A program made the translations under genes and the position numbers. The notes beneath the pieces were generated by a model, which made no database searches, was not told the DNA's origin, and was given only the letters and a program-made list of their open reading frames with translations. A stretch of 64,000 bases of DNA from an uncultured Actinomycetota bacterium (GTDB taxonomy: Bacteria > Actinomycetota > Actinomycetes > Streptosporangiales > Streptosporangiaceae), in contig CAWGXI010000005.1 of the NCBI GenBank assembly GCA_963826515.1, forward strand, positions 193,610 to 257,609, given 5' to 3'. Positions 38,525-47,809 of this stretch are shown in pieces; within the stretch, counting starts at the first letter, position 1; each line of letters begins with the position of its first letter.

Positions 38525-39283
38525 ATGCCCGTCATGCCTGACGCCGAGCCGTACTCCCATGATGGCGGGCCGGTGGGCGCCCTGCTATGCCACGGATTTA
38601 CCGGGTCGCCGCAGTCAATGCGCCCGTGGGCCGAGTACCTCGCGAGCGCCGGGCTGAGCGTGTCCCTGCCCAGACTGCCCGGTCACGGGACCACCTGGCA
38701 GGAAATGGCCCGTACCCGGTGGGAGGACTGGTATGCCGAGGTCGACCGCGCGTTCGAGGGACTGGCCAGGCGGGCAAGCGAGGTCTTCGTGATGGGCTTG
38801 TCCCTCGGCGCGTGCCTGGCGCTACGGCTCGCCGAGGTGCACGGAGACGAGGTCAGCGGCCTCGTGCTGGTCAACCCGTCCATCGTCGCGGACAGCCGCC
38901 TATTCGCGCTCGCCCCCGTCATGAAGTACGTCGTGCCGTCGCTGAAGGGCATCGCGAGCGACATCAAGAAGGAAGGCTCGCCCGAACTCGCGTATGACCG
39001 GGTGCCGGTGAAGGCGGCCGCGAGCCTGCCGCACCTGTGGAGCCTGACCAGAGGTGGGCTCGGCAAGGTCACGCAGCCGGTGCTCGTCTACAAGAGTCCC
39101 GAGGATCATGTGGTTGGACCGGCAAGCCTGGCGGCGCTGCGAAGCGGCCTGCCCCCAAGCCAGCTCACGGTCAGGACCTGCGACAACAGCTATCATGTCG
39201 CGACGCTCGACAATGACGCACCGGCCATCTTCGAGGGAAGCGTGGAGTTCGTACGCGCGCACAGCCATGCCGGGAAGGAGTGA
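38525..39283 (+). CDS. alpha/beta hydrolase (carboxylesterase / monoacylglycerol-lipase-like)
   Basis: LLCHGFTGSPQSMRPWA, nucleophile elbow VMGLSLGA. Start at internal ATG 38525. Confidence 0.85.
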   Translation: MPVMPDAEPYSHDGGPVGALLCHGFTGSPQSMRPWAEYLASAGLSVSLPRLPGHGTTWQEMARTRWEDWYAEVDRAFEGLARRASEVFVMGLSLGACLALRLAEVHGDEVSGLVLVNPSIVADSRLFALAPVMKYVVPSLKGIASDIKKEGSPELAYDRVPVKAAASLPHLWSLTRGGLGKVTQPVLVYKSPEDHVVGPASLAALRSGLPPSQLTVRTCDNSYHVATLDNDAPAIFEGSVEFVRAHSHAGKE

Positions 39284-39287
39284 GCGG

Positions 39288-39785
39288 GTGGACGAGCCGG
39301 ACACGGCCGGGCGTGAGCACGACGAGGAAGAAATCTGGCGCGATCTCGTATCGCGGTTCGACGATCCTGCGGCGGACGAGGAAGCTGCGGAAGCCGCGCC
39401 TTGGCCGGCCGAGGAGAACGTGGATGCCAAGTTGTTCGGCACCCGTGTGATCAAACCGGCCGATCCTGACGCCCGCGCGGACGAACCGGCGGCAGCTCAG
39501 CCGGACGAGCCGGCGACCGCAGAACCCGACGACGCCGACGAGCATTACATCCCGCCGCCTCCGCCGCCACTGCCGCAACTCGACAGCGTCACCAAGGGCG
39601 CCTGGCTAGCCCTCTTCGGCGGCCCGGCATACCTGCTTGTCGCCACGATCGCCGGCTGGACGATTCCCGCCTGGGCGGCCTTTTGCGGGGTGGCCGCGTT
39701 CGTTGGCGGTTTCGTCACCCTCGTGCTGCGCATGAGCGACGAGGACCGCGACGAGTCGGGTCCTGACGACGGTGCCGTCGTGTAG
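39288..39785 (+). CDS. acidic N-terminus / two-TM membrane protein (hypothetical)
   Basis: GTG start just after the upstream stop. DE-rich N-terminal half, then AWLALFGGPAYLLVATIAGW..AWAAFCGVAAFVGGFVTLVL. Confidence 0.6.
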   Translation: MDEPDTAGREHDEEEIWRDLVSRFDDPAADEEAAEAAPWPAEENVDAKLFGTRVIKPADPDARADEPAAAQPDEPATAEPDDADEHYIPPPPPPLPQLDSVTKGAWLALFGGPAYLLVATIAGWTIPAWAAFCGVAAFVGGFVTLVLRMSDEDRDESGPDDGAVV

Positions 39786-39877
39786 GACTGTCTCAGGAAA
39801 AGCCAGCCAAGATGCTTAACGGCTGCCGCGTGGCGCGCCGACCGCGAGTTGCTGATCAGGCTTGGGCCGGAGGGCAG

Positions 39878-40009
39878 GGCATGTCCAGCAGATCTTTGGC
39901 TGCGACGACAGCGTCGTGCCGAATAGCCCCCTATCGGCTTCTCGAGAACAAGCGGGGCCTGCCGGATCGCCTGGAGCACCGCCCGCATCCACCGGGATCT
40001 ACGCCCTAG
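39878..40009. mobile_element. MITE-like structured repeat, family B copy 3 (opposite orientation)
   Basis: ggcatgtccagcagatctttgg...gccgaatagccccctatcggcttctcgagaacaagcggggcctgccgg...ccgcccgcatccaccgggatc...ccctag aligns with the reverse complement of 46219-46359. Confidence 0.7.
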
Positions 40010-40190
40010 CTAGTGGTCTGTCAGAGGAGTCTCTTCGGCGCTGTGGTCCACGACGACGCCCATGCGGGCACCTCGCGGCGTTGTCGTCGTCGCGCGTAGC
40101 ACCAGCGAAGCGCTCGTCGAGGACAAGCACCGCCTTGCGATGCACCCACCTGGACGCCGTTCGCTCAAAGGACCTCTGACAGACCACTAG
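40006..40190. mobile_element. MITE-like structured repeat, family A copy 2 (complete, with 18-bp terminal inverted repeats)
   Basis: ctagtggtctgtcagagg at 40010-40027 and cctctgacagaccactag at 40173-40190 are exact reverse complements. An internal conserved hairpin cgacgacgcc..ggcgttgtcg is present. The right-end CTAG contains the glk TAG stop. Confidence 0.75.
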
Positions 40191-41128
40191 CGGCGGGCGA
40201 GGTCTGCGGCACCGACGAAACCCGCGTCGGGGCCGAGCTCTGCCAGCAGGATCTGCGCGGGCATGCGGTGGCCGCGGCCGGCCAGCGAGTTCTCGAAGCT
40301 GGTCCTGGCGGGATCGAGCAGCAGGTCACCAGCCTCTGACACGCCCCCGCCGATGACGAAGCAGCCCGGGTCAAGGATGGCGGCCAGATCGGCCATGCCA
40401 TAGCCGAGCCACGATCCCACGATGTCGAAGCAGCGCAACGCCGCGGGATCTCCCTCCGCGGCCGCCCGGGTGATCTCGGGCCCGGAGATCCCCTCCGGCC
40501 TGCCGCCACCGAGTTGCAGCAGGCGCGTCGCCGCTCCTGGAGACCTCCGAGCGAACTCGCGCGCCTCGGCCATGAGCGCGTTGCCGCTCGCGTACTGCTC
40601 CCAGCAGCCGCGGTTGCCGCACCCGCACATGCGGCCGTCAGGCACGACACGGTAGTGGCCGGGTTCGCCGCCCATCCCCCAGTGGCCGCGGTACAGCTGG
40701 CCGCCAATGACGATGCCGCAGCCAATACCGGTGCCGACGGTGAGCAGGATCACGTAGCCCTCACCGCGCGCGGCCCCAAACCTGGTCTCGGCCCAGACCG
40801 TCGCGTTGGCGTCGTTCTCCACCACGACTGCAATCCCGAGGCGGTCTTCCACGGCCTTCTTGACCGGCTCGTCACGCCAGCCAAGATTCGGCGCGAACCC
40901 GACGCAGGCGCGGGCCTCGTCGACAAAGCCAGCGACGCCAAGGCCGACCGCGTCGACGACATGACGGCTACATAGCTCGGTGACGACCTCGCTGATCGTG
41001 GTGACCGTCTGCACTGGATCACTCGAAGGCGTCGGCCGCCGCAGCTTCTCGACGATTTTTCCTCGCTCGTCTACCACTCCGGCCGCGACCTTGGTACCGC
41101 CGACATCGATACCTATGGTCAGGCTCAC
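40187..41128 (-). CDS. glk: ROK-family glucokinase
   Basis: SLTIGIDVGGTKVAAGVVDE, ROK signature and CGCGNRGCWE zinc motif. GTG 41128 chosen over the track start 41227. Confidence 0.9.
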   Translation of the reverse strand: MSLTIGIDVGGTKVAAGVVDERGKIVEKLRRPTPSSDPVQTVTTISEVVTELCSRHVVDAVGLGVAGFVDEARACVGFAPNLGWRDEPVKKAVEDRLGIAVVVENDANATVWAETRFGAARGEGYVILLTVGTGIGCGIVIGGQLYRGHWGMGGEPGHYRVVPDGRMCGCGNRGCWEQYASGNALMAEAREFARRSPGAATRLLQLGGGRPEGISGPEITRAAAEGDPAALRCFDIVGSWLGYGMADLAAILDPGCFVIGGGVSEAGDLLLDPARTSFENSLAGRGHRMPAQILLAELGPDAGFVGAADLARR

Positions 41129-41129
41129 C

Positions 41130-41645
41130 TCAGGTCTGTTGCCCGTTCTGGGACGGTGGCATGTCAGGGGGCGGCGCCTGGCCGGGGCGCGCGGAAGGTT
41201 TCTGCGGCGCGGGCGGCGGCGCTGCACCGGCCGGCGCGGCGGGTTCCTGCCGCACAGCCGTGCGGGTTGCTGGGGGTGGCGCCGCGGCCTGCGGTGGCGG
41301 CGAGGGTGGCGCGCTATCTTGCGGCCCCGGGATCCGGGAGATTGCCGCGTCGACTGCGGTCACCACGTCATGCGCGGCCGACATCAGCGCCCCGGCGGTC
41401 TCGCCAACGCGGCCGGCGAGGTCGGGGTTCGAGTCGCGGGCCATGCGGATCGCTCGGCACACCGGGCACCACGCGCACTCGGGCGCATAGCCGGCGGCCG
41501 AATCCACGGGCTCGGTGGTGGCGGTCTCCCACACGTCGCCCCTCTCGCCGCGGAAGGTTCTGCCGACCTGTCCGGCGACCTGCTGGCCGACGCTGCGTGC
41601 GCCCGCGATGGCGATCCGCCGCTGAAGGTCGTCGAGCCACGTCAT
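41130..41645 (-). CDS. SCO2127-like conserved actinobacterial protein (DUF5304-type)
   Basis: Located immediately upstream of glk, as in Streptomyces. CAWCPVCRAIRMAR motif and a Pro-rich C-terminal tail. Confidence 0.65.
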   Translation of the reverse strand: MTWLDDLQRRIAIAGARSVGQQVAGQVGRTFRGERGDVWETATTEPVDSAAGYAPECAWCPVCRAIRMARDSNPDLAGRVGETAGALMSAAHDVVTAVDAAISRIPGPQDSAPPSPPPQAAAPPPATRTAVRQEPAAPAGAAPPPAPQKPSARPGQAPPPDMPPSQNGQQT

Positions 41646-42091
41646 CGGGCGTCTCCCAGGTTCTCGGTATACCTCTTCAGGCCGTTGAGCGCCTGATCGA
41701 CAATCATATTTATCGCCTTGCGCTTGATTATTCCGAGCATCGGGATCCGGAGGTTCATGGTGAGGTTATAGGTGACCTCGGTGCCAGCGTCATGATCGGC
41801 CAGCAAGTAGTCGCCGTGCAGTGCGGATAGCATCGTTGTCGGCTTGGTGAGTTCCCAGCTCGACCGGACGTCGGTGTCCCAGTTGTAGGCGAGCACAAGA
41901 GTGTCCTTGATGAAGCCGGCGTCCACGACCATACGCACCTGCCGCGCGCGCCCATCATCGCCCGGCTCGGTCACCTCGACGGAGCGGAACGAGCCGGCCC
42001 AGTTCGGGTAGGCGTCGAAGTCAGCGATGACCGCCATCACGGTTTCCCGCGGCGCCCCGATCACCGTGCTCGAGCTTGCTATTTCTGCCAT
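41642..42091 (-). CDS. SRPBCC (polyketide cyclase/dehydrase-like) family protein
   Basis: MAEIASSSTVIGAPRETVMAVIADFDAYPNWAGSFRSVEV... Start at the internal ATG 42091. Confidence 0.8.
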   Translation of the reverse strand: MAEIASSSTVIGAPRETVMAVIADFDAYPNWAGSFRSVEVTEPGDDGRARQVRMVVDAGFIKDTLVLAYNWDTDVRSSWELTKPTTMLSALHGDYLLADHDAGTEVTYNLTMNLRIPMLGIIKRKAINMIVDQALNGLKRYTENLGDAR

Positions 42092-42903
42092 CGGCGCGCC
42101 CTTCTCCCGTCCGTAGCCCTGTCCGGAGCGTACCCCGACCACTCGAGTACGTAAGGCGTCTGCGTGGCACGGAAATGACCGACGTTGACGCACTCAGTGG
42201 TGCCGACCCTCGCCCGGGCGGCGAGTGGCTGGTGCACGTGCCCGAACAGCACGTACTTCGGCCTGGTTTCCTTGATCGCCTCAAGCAGCGCCTCGCTGCC
42301 GCGTTCAAGCCGCCGCGCCACCGTGTCGTAGAGAAGCTCGGGAATAGCCGGCGGAATATGAGCGCACAGCACATCGACCTTCCCTACCGCCGCCACCTTG
42401 GCGGCGTAGGCGTCATCGTCGACCTCGTTCGGCGTGCGGTAGGGCGAACGCAGGCCGCCGCCGACGAAGCCGAACGTCCATCCATCAAGCTCGATCCGCT
42501 CACCGTCGAGGACCCGATGGCCTGGTCGCAGGTGGTCCTGCCACATGCGAGGGATATCGACATTCCCGTAGGTAAGGTAGGCGGGCTCTGGTAGGGCGGC
42601 GAAGAGCTCGGCGTACTGACGGCCCGCGGCGGCCTCGACATGCTTTGCCGGGTCACTGCCGAGCGTCGCCCACAGCCCCTTGGAAAGCACCCGCGCCTCG
42701 TCGAATCGCCGCGCCGTGCGCAGCGCGATGAACTCACGCGCCTTCTCCTCGCCGAACAGGTCCGCGAAGATACCTTGCCCATGGTCAGCGTAGTCAACGA
42801 ACAAGAGCAAGTCGCCGAGGCAGAAGAGCGCATCGGCACCGTCACCTGACCGGGCGAGGGCCTCGGATCTGCCGTGCACATCGCTCACCACGTGGACCCG
42901 CAT
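42079..42903 (-). CDS. metallophosphoesterase
   Basis: MRVHVVSDVHG, GDLL, GNVD, FGHVH motifs. Confidence 0.85.
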   Translation of the reverse strand: MRVHVVSDVHGRSEALARSGDGADALFCLGDLLLFVDYADHGQGIFADLFGEEKAREFIALRTARRFDEARVLSKGLWATLGSDPAKHVEAAAGRQYAELFAALPEPAYLTYGNVDIPRMWQDHLRPGHRVLDGERIELDGWTFGFVGGGLRSPYRTPNEVDDDAYAAKVAAVGKVDVLCAHIPPAIPELLYDTVARRLERGSEALLEAIKETRPKYVLFGHVHQPLAARARVGTTECVNVGHFRATQTPYVLEWSGYAPDRATDGRRARRWQK

Positions 42904-43101
42904 GATGACACTCTAGGAGGCCGCGCGCATACTGACGGGCGGCGCTGGCGGGTAGTGCCATACTCGCGGCCCTGTTTCCGCGTTCCCACGCTGCCGCCGG
43001 GCCGACGTGCGGCCAGCCCGGTACTACCGGTCAGTAGCTAGTCGCGATACGGTCCATTGCAGGCTGTCATGCAGCCCGACAGGATGTGACAAGGAGACGT
43101 C

Positions 43102-44901
43102 GTGCGCGAATACAGCACACCGACCCTGGTGGAGATCCCAGGATCGGCCAACCTCACCGATATCGTGTTCAAGCGGGCGGCCGAAGCGCCAGACACCGTC
43201 GCGCTGCGCCGCAAGGTCGGCCGCGGCTGGCGTGATGTGACCGCTGGCGAGTTCCACCGCGACGTCGTGGCGACCGCCAAGGGCCTGGTCGCGGCGGGGA
43301 TCGAACCCGGCGACCGGGTCGCGCTGATGTCCCGCACCAGGTACGAGTGGACCCAGATCGACTACGCGATCCTGTCCGCAGGCGCGGTGTGCGTGCCGAT
43401 CTACGACACGTCCTCGGCCGAGCAGGTCGCGTGGATCCTTTCCGACTCGGGAGCCAAGGGCGTCTTCGTAGAGACCCCTGCGCACGAGGCCACGGTCGCC
43501 GACGTCAGGGACAAGGTCGCGGACCTCGGCCAGGTCTGGCAGATCGACGCTGGAGCGCTCGGTGAGCTCGCCGCCGCGGGCGCCGACATTTCTGACGAGG
43601 AGATAGCTAAGCGCCGCGGATCACGCGGCGCCGCCGACATCGCCACGATCATTTACACCTCAGGCACCACCGGCAGGCCCAGAGGCTGCGAGCTAACGAA
43701 CGGCAACTTGCTCTCCGACGCGCGCAACGCGTTCGAGGGTGCGCTGGCCGAGGCGTTCGACGTCGTCGGCGGGTCGACGCTGCTGTTCCTGCCGCTCGCG
43801 CACTCGTTTGCGCGAATCATCCAAGTGGGCTGCGTGCAGTCCGCGACGATTCTCGGCCACACGCCCGACATCGCCAATGTTCAGCCCGATCTCGCCTCGT
43901 ACCGGCCGACCTTCATCCTGGCGGTGCCGCGGGTCTTCGAGAAGGTGTACAACTCCGCCGTGGCGCAGGCGGCGGAAAGCCCGGTCAAGAAGCGGATCTT
44001 CGGGTTCGCCGCCGACACCGCCGTCGCCTACAGCAAGGCACTGGACAGCGGCGGCCCGGGCCTGCCGCTCCGGCTTCAGCGTGGCCTGGCCGACCGGCTG
44101 GTATATGGGAAGCTTCGGGCGGCGGTCGGCGGGCATGTCCGGTACTCGGTGTCCGGGGGCGCCGCGCTCGGCGAAAGGCTCGGCCACTTCTTCCGCGGGG
44201 CCGGCATCACAATCCTCGAGGGCTACGGACTTACCGAGACCAGCCCTGCGGCGACGGTGAACCGGCCTAGCCGGAACAAGATCGGCACCGTCGGCCTTCC
44301 GCTACCTGGCGTCGCCGTCAGGATCGCCGACGACGGCGAGATTCTGATCCGGGGAGCGATCATCTTCGCCGGCTACTGGCACAACAAGCCGGCCACGGCC
44401 GAGGTGATCGACAAGAGCGGCTGGTTCCACACCGGCGACCTCGGGGAGCTTGACGACCAGGGCTTCCTGCGCATCACGGGCCGCAAGAAGGAAATCATCG
44501 TGACCGCCGCGGGCAAGAACGTCGCTCCTGCCATGCTCGAGGACCGGATTCGCGCTCATCCGCTGATCAGCCAGTGCATTGTCGTCGGCGACGGCAGGCC
44601 GTACATCGCCTGCCTGGTGACGCTGGACGAGGAGGCGCTCGAGCAGTGGAAGGAGAAGCACGGCAGACCCGCCGGCGCGACCCTCGCCGGCCTCAGGGAC
44701 GACCCCGAGCTCGTGGCCGAGATTCAGGCAGCAATAGACGATGCCAACAAGGCGGTGTCCCGGGCCGAGTCGATCAGGCGGTTCCGCGTGCTCGGCACAG
44801 ACTTCACCGAGGCCGGCGGCCACCTCACCCCCAAGCTGAGCGTGCGAAGGTACCTCGTGACGAAGGATTTCGCGACCGAAATCGACGCGCTCTACTCGTA
44901 A
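43102..44901 (+). CDS. long-chain fatty-acid-CoA ligase (FadD15-like AMP-binding enzyme)
   Basis: AMP-binding signature IIYTSGTTGRPRG, GYGLTETS, TGD...GRKK. SD AAGGAG upstream of the GTG start. Confidence 0.88.
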   Translation: MREYSTPTLVEIPGSANLTDIVFKRAAEAPDTVALRRKVGRGWRDVTAGEFHRDVVATAKGLVAAGIEPGDRVALMSRTRYEWTQIDYAILSAGAVCVPIYDTSSAEQVAWILSDSGAKGVFVETPAHEATVADVRDKVADLGQVWQIDAGALGELAAAGADISDEEIAKRRGSRGAADIATIIYTSGTTGRPRGCELTNGNLLSDARNAFEGALAEAFDVVGGSTLLFLPLAHSFARIIQVGCVQSATILGHTPDIANVQPDLASYRPTFILAVPRVFEKVYNSAVAQAAESPVKKRIFGFAADTAVAYSKALDSGGPGLPLRLQRGLADRLVYGKLRAAVGGHVRYSVSGGAALGERLGHFFRGAGITILEGYGLTETSPAATVNRPSRNKIGTVGLPLPGVAVRIADDGEILIRGAIIFAGYWHNKPATAEVIDKSGWFHTGDLGELDDQGFLRITGRKKEIIVTAAGKNVAPAMLEDRIRAHPLISQCIVVGDGRPYIACLVTLDEEALEQWKEKHGRPAGATLAGLRDDPELVAEIQAAIDDANKAVSRAESIRRFRVLGTDFTEAGGHLTPKLSVRRYLVTKDFATEIDALYS

Positions 44902-44911
44902 GAGCCTGCTC

Positions 44912-46054
44912 CTAAGCGGGCTGGTCGCCTGACAACACGGCCGCAAGGCGTTCTGCGACGAGGTCCCAGCGCCACTCGGCCGCCACCCAGCCGCGGCCCT
45001 TTCTCCCCATGGCCGCGGCGCGCTCGGTATCGCTGAGCAGTTGGATGAGCGGGCCGGCCACCGCTGTGGCCGACCTGCCGTCCACCACGAAGCCGGTCTG
45101 ACCGCGGAGCACGGCGTCAGGGGCGCCGCCAGAGTCACCGGCGACGACGGGCAAGCCGGACGCCGACGCCTCCAGGTAGACGATGCCGAGCCCTTCCACG
45201 TCAAGGCCGCGCCTGCGGGTGCGGCAAGGCATGGCGAACACATCACCGGCGTCGTAATACGCCGGCAGGTCCCGCCAGGGCACCGAGCCGGCGAACGTGA
45301 TCGAAGGTTTCACGCGGAGCCGTTCGGCTAGATTCTCCAGCGCCGCCCGATACCTTCCGCCGCCGACGATGAGCAGCGCCGCATCGCCGATTGCGGCCCG
45401 TACCTGCGGCCAGGCGCGGATCAGCGTGTCCTGCCCCTTACGCGGGACAAGCCGCGACACGCACACGACGACCGGGCGCCCGGCCAGGCCAAGCCGCTCC
45501 CGCACGGCGGCGCCGCCGCTTCCCGGCCGGAACTCGGTGACGTCGACGCCGGGCGCGAGGCGGATCATGCGGGCCGCCGCGGCCGGTGACAATGCCATCG
45601 CGAGCCGGGCACGGAAGTAGTCGCCGAGGTAGGTGACCACGTCGACCTCGTCACCGATCCTGTGCAGCAGTTGCCGCGCGCCCGGCAGCATGGCCCACCC
45701 GGCCTCGTGGCCATGCGTCACTGCCACGCACCGCTTGATCCCCGCGCGGCGAAGCCCAGGGGCGAGCAGGCCGAGTGGTGCCGCCGCACCGAACAGCACG
45801 GTGTCGCAGCCGTATGCCTTGACGATTTCCTGCGCCCGGCGGAGGACGCCAGGGACGGGCAGCATTAGCGAGCCGCGATGCCGGATGACGGGGAACGGCT
45901 GTCTCGCGTCGAAGGCCGCCGCACCCTCCCATCCCGGGGCATACACGACGACGGAGTCAGGCGGCCGCGCGGTGACGAGCGCGTGCACGAACGACTGGAT
46001 GCCGCCCTGTCTTGGCGGGTAGTCGTTGGTGACCACTAGGGTCTTCGGCACCAC
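44912..46054 (-). CDS. GT4 glycosyltransferase (PimB-like mannosyltransferase)
   Basis: Syntenic with Rv2188c. C-terminal EGLGIVYLEASASGLPVVAGDSGG (E-x7-E) motif. Confidence 0.85.
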   Translation of the reverse strand: MVPKTLVVTNDYPPRQGGIQSFVHALVTARPPDSVVVYAPGWEGAAAFDARQPFPVIRHRGSLMLPVPGVLRRAQEIVKAYGCDTVLFGAAAPLGLLAPGLRRAGIKRCVAVTHGHEAGWAMLPGARQLLHRIGDEVDVVTYLGDYFRARLAMALSPAAAARMIRLAPGVDVTEFRPGSGGAAVRERLGLAGRPVVVCVSRLVPRKGQDTLIRAWPQVRAAIGDAALLIVGGGRYRAALENLAERLRVKPSITFAGSVPWRDLPAYYDAGDVFAMPCRTRRRGLDVEGLGIVYLEASASGLPVVAGDSGGAPDAVLRGQTGFVVDGRSATAVAGPLIQLLSDTERAAAMGRKGRGWVAAEWRWDLVAERLAAVLSGDQPA

Positions 46055-46218
46055 GATCGGAAATCCTCAGTCAGCCGGCACGGCAATGATTGCCGGTTCC
46101 CGGGGCGCACGGGATACCGCATCCGATCATGGGCGACTCGTCAGCTCCGCCGCTCCACCAGGGTGACGTCACTGTGGCGGAGCGGCGGAGTAACCACGAG
46201 GTGTCAGCGGCCGATCCG

Positions 46219-46359
46219 CTAGGGGATGTCCCGTTGATCTCGGTGGATGCGGGCGGCGCGCCAGGCGGCGACCGGCAAGGCCCTGCTTGTTCTCGAGGAG
46301 CCGATAGTGGAACTATCGGCGCCGCCAAGGATCTGCGGGACACGCCCCGCAGGCCTAGG
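46219..46359. mobile_element. MITE-like structured repeat, family B copy 2 (complete, imperfect TIRs with CTAGG ends)
   Basis: Left end ctaggggatgtcccgttgatc and right end gatctgcgggacacgccccgcaggcctagg form imperfect inverted termini. Central hairpin ccgatagt-gga-actatcgg next to cttgttctcgag. Confidence 0.7.
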
Positions 46360-46457
46360 AAGCTGCTGAATAAGCCTGTTCTCGATCAAGGAGCAGCCCG
46401 CTGACCTGCGTCTTTGCTGCGCCGATGGCAGTAATTTGGGTGTTGTTCAGCACGCTC

Positions 46458-47511
46458 CTAGGGCCGGGCGGCGCCGTTGAAGGTCTGTGTGTACCAGGAC
46501 ATGTCCATCGAGATCTCTTCGACGTTCTCGCCTGGCTGCGGTGCGTCGACGATCATGTTGTTACCGACGTACATCGCGACATGACCTTCTCCGTCGTAGT
46601 ACACAAGGTCCCCTGGCTGGATGCTCGCGGTCGGAATATGCGGGAGCGCCGCCCACTGGGCATAGGTCGTACGCGGGATCTGCACGCCCGCGTTCGCCCA
46701 CGCGGTCATCACGAGTCCCGAGCAGTCAAAGCCGTCGGGGCCGGTGCCGCCCCATACGTACGGTTTGCCGATCTGGGCCATGGCGAAAGCCACCGCCGTG
46801 CGAGCCGCGCCGGTAGCCGGGCCCTTGTAGACGATGCCGCCACCGCCGCCACCGGCACCACCGCCGCCTGACGAGCCGCCAGTGCCGCCGCCGCCCGTGC
46901 CCGACGGCGCCGGTGCGGTGAGCTTGTTCAGCTTGGCCTGGTTCTTGGACACGAGCTTCTTGAGCCGCTCGTACTGTGCCTGCTTGCTCTTTTTCAGCTG
47001 GCTGATCGCGGCGGTCGCGCGTGTCTGCCTGCTGGCCCGACTGGATCACCGCATTCGCGGCACTGACATATGCGGCCAACTGCGCGCGCCTGTCCGTGGA
47101 CAAGTGGTTGAGCAGGGCCGCCTGGTCGAGGACTACCTGGGGGTTGTCGCTGGTGAGTATCGCGCTGACTGAGTTGAGGCTGCCTTGCTTGTACGCGGCG
47201 GAGGCAATCTGCGCGACGGCGGCGCGCGTCGTGCTGAGGTTCTGCCTGTCCTCGCCGAGCTTGCGGTCGATCATCTTCAGCTTGGCGGTCGCTGACTTCA
47301 GATCGGCGATCGACTGGTCGTACTCCTGCGAGACGGCGTCAAGCTGCGACATTAGCTTGCTGATCTCGGCCCGTACCTGGCTCGCGGTCGGATTTGGTGT
47401 GGCGCTTGCCGCCCCACCGAAGGCGATGAACGCACCGGCGAGCGCGACGCCGGTGATGGTTGCGACGCCTCGACGTAGCCTGGAGGCGTTTCCTGCCGGG
47501 TGCGCACCCAC
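46458..47511 (-). pseudogene. secreted NlpC/P60 peptidoglycan endopeptidase with coiled-coil N-domain (RipA/RipC-like), frameshifted near 47036
   Basis: ORF 46726-47601 holds the signal peptide and coiled coil. ORF 46458-46952 holds the NlpC/P60 core (GKPYVWGGTGPDGFDCSGLV...GHVAMYVG). The frames join in tcGGGcc. The real start is probably GTG 47511, downstream of the riboswitch. Confidence 0.8.
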
Positions 47512-47524
47512 GTATGTGACACGC

Positions 47525-47735
47525 TCCTTCTCCCACGCGCCGCCTACCGGGTGAGCTGACGGGTTCGGGCGGTGGAAGACGCGCCCTACGGGTACGGCCA
47601 TTAGATGACCGCTCCCGATTCACCCCTGGAGGAACAGACCCGGCGGCACGCGCCACTGGGTTGTACGGTCTCCTCCGGCGGTTCCCCGGCTCCAACGCCG
47701 ACGGTGCGGCGATGAGGACTCGGCGGGAGCCCATT
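47525..47735 (-). promoter_or_regulatory. ydaO/yuaA-type cyclic-di-AMP riboswitch
   Basis: The minus-strand leader contains CUCCCGCCGAGUCC...GGAGCCGGGGAACC...CAGGGGUGAAUCGGGAGCG...CGCCCGAACCCGUCAGCUCACCCGGUAGGCG. These are the conserved ydaO blocks in the right order, ending just before the SD and GTG of an NlpC/P60 gene. Confidence 0.8.
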
Positions 47736-47780
47736 ACTGCCGCCACGATGACAGCTGAAAAGTAATGTGGCTCGGGCGGA

Positions 47781-47809
47781 GACATTAGTGAAGATCACGA
47801 ACCGTTTCA
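47781..47809 (-). promoter_or_regulatory. sigma-70-type promoter for the riboswitch-NlpC/P60 transcript
   Basis: Minus strand TTGAAA-N17-TAATGT in a locally AT-richer patch about 45 nt upstream of the riboswitch. Confidence 0.5.

Noticed and set aside
39862-40179. 105-aa plus-strand ORF and the 62-aa and 74-aa minus-strand ORFs inside the family A and B repeats
   Set aside because: The frames are not conserved between element copies (indels are not multiples of 3), whereas hairpins and termini are. The repeats behave as non-coding elements.
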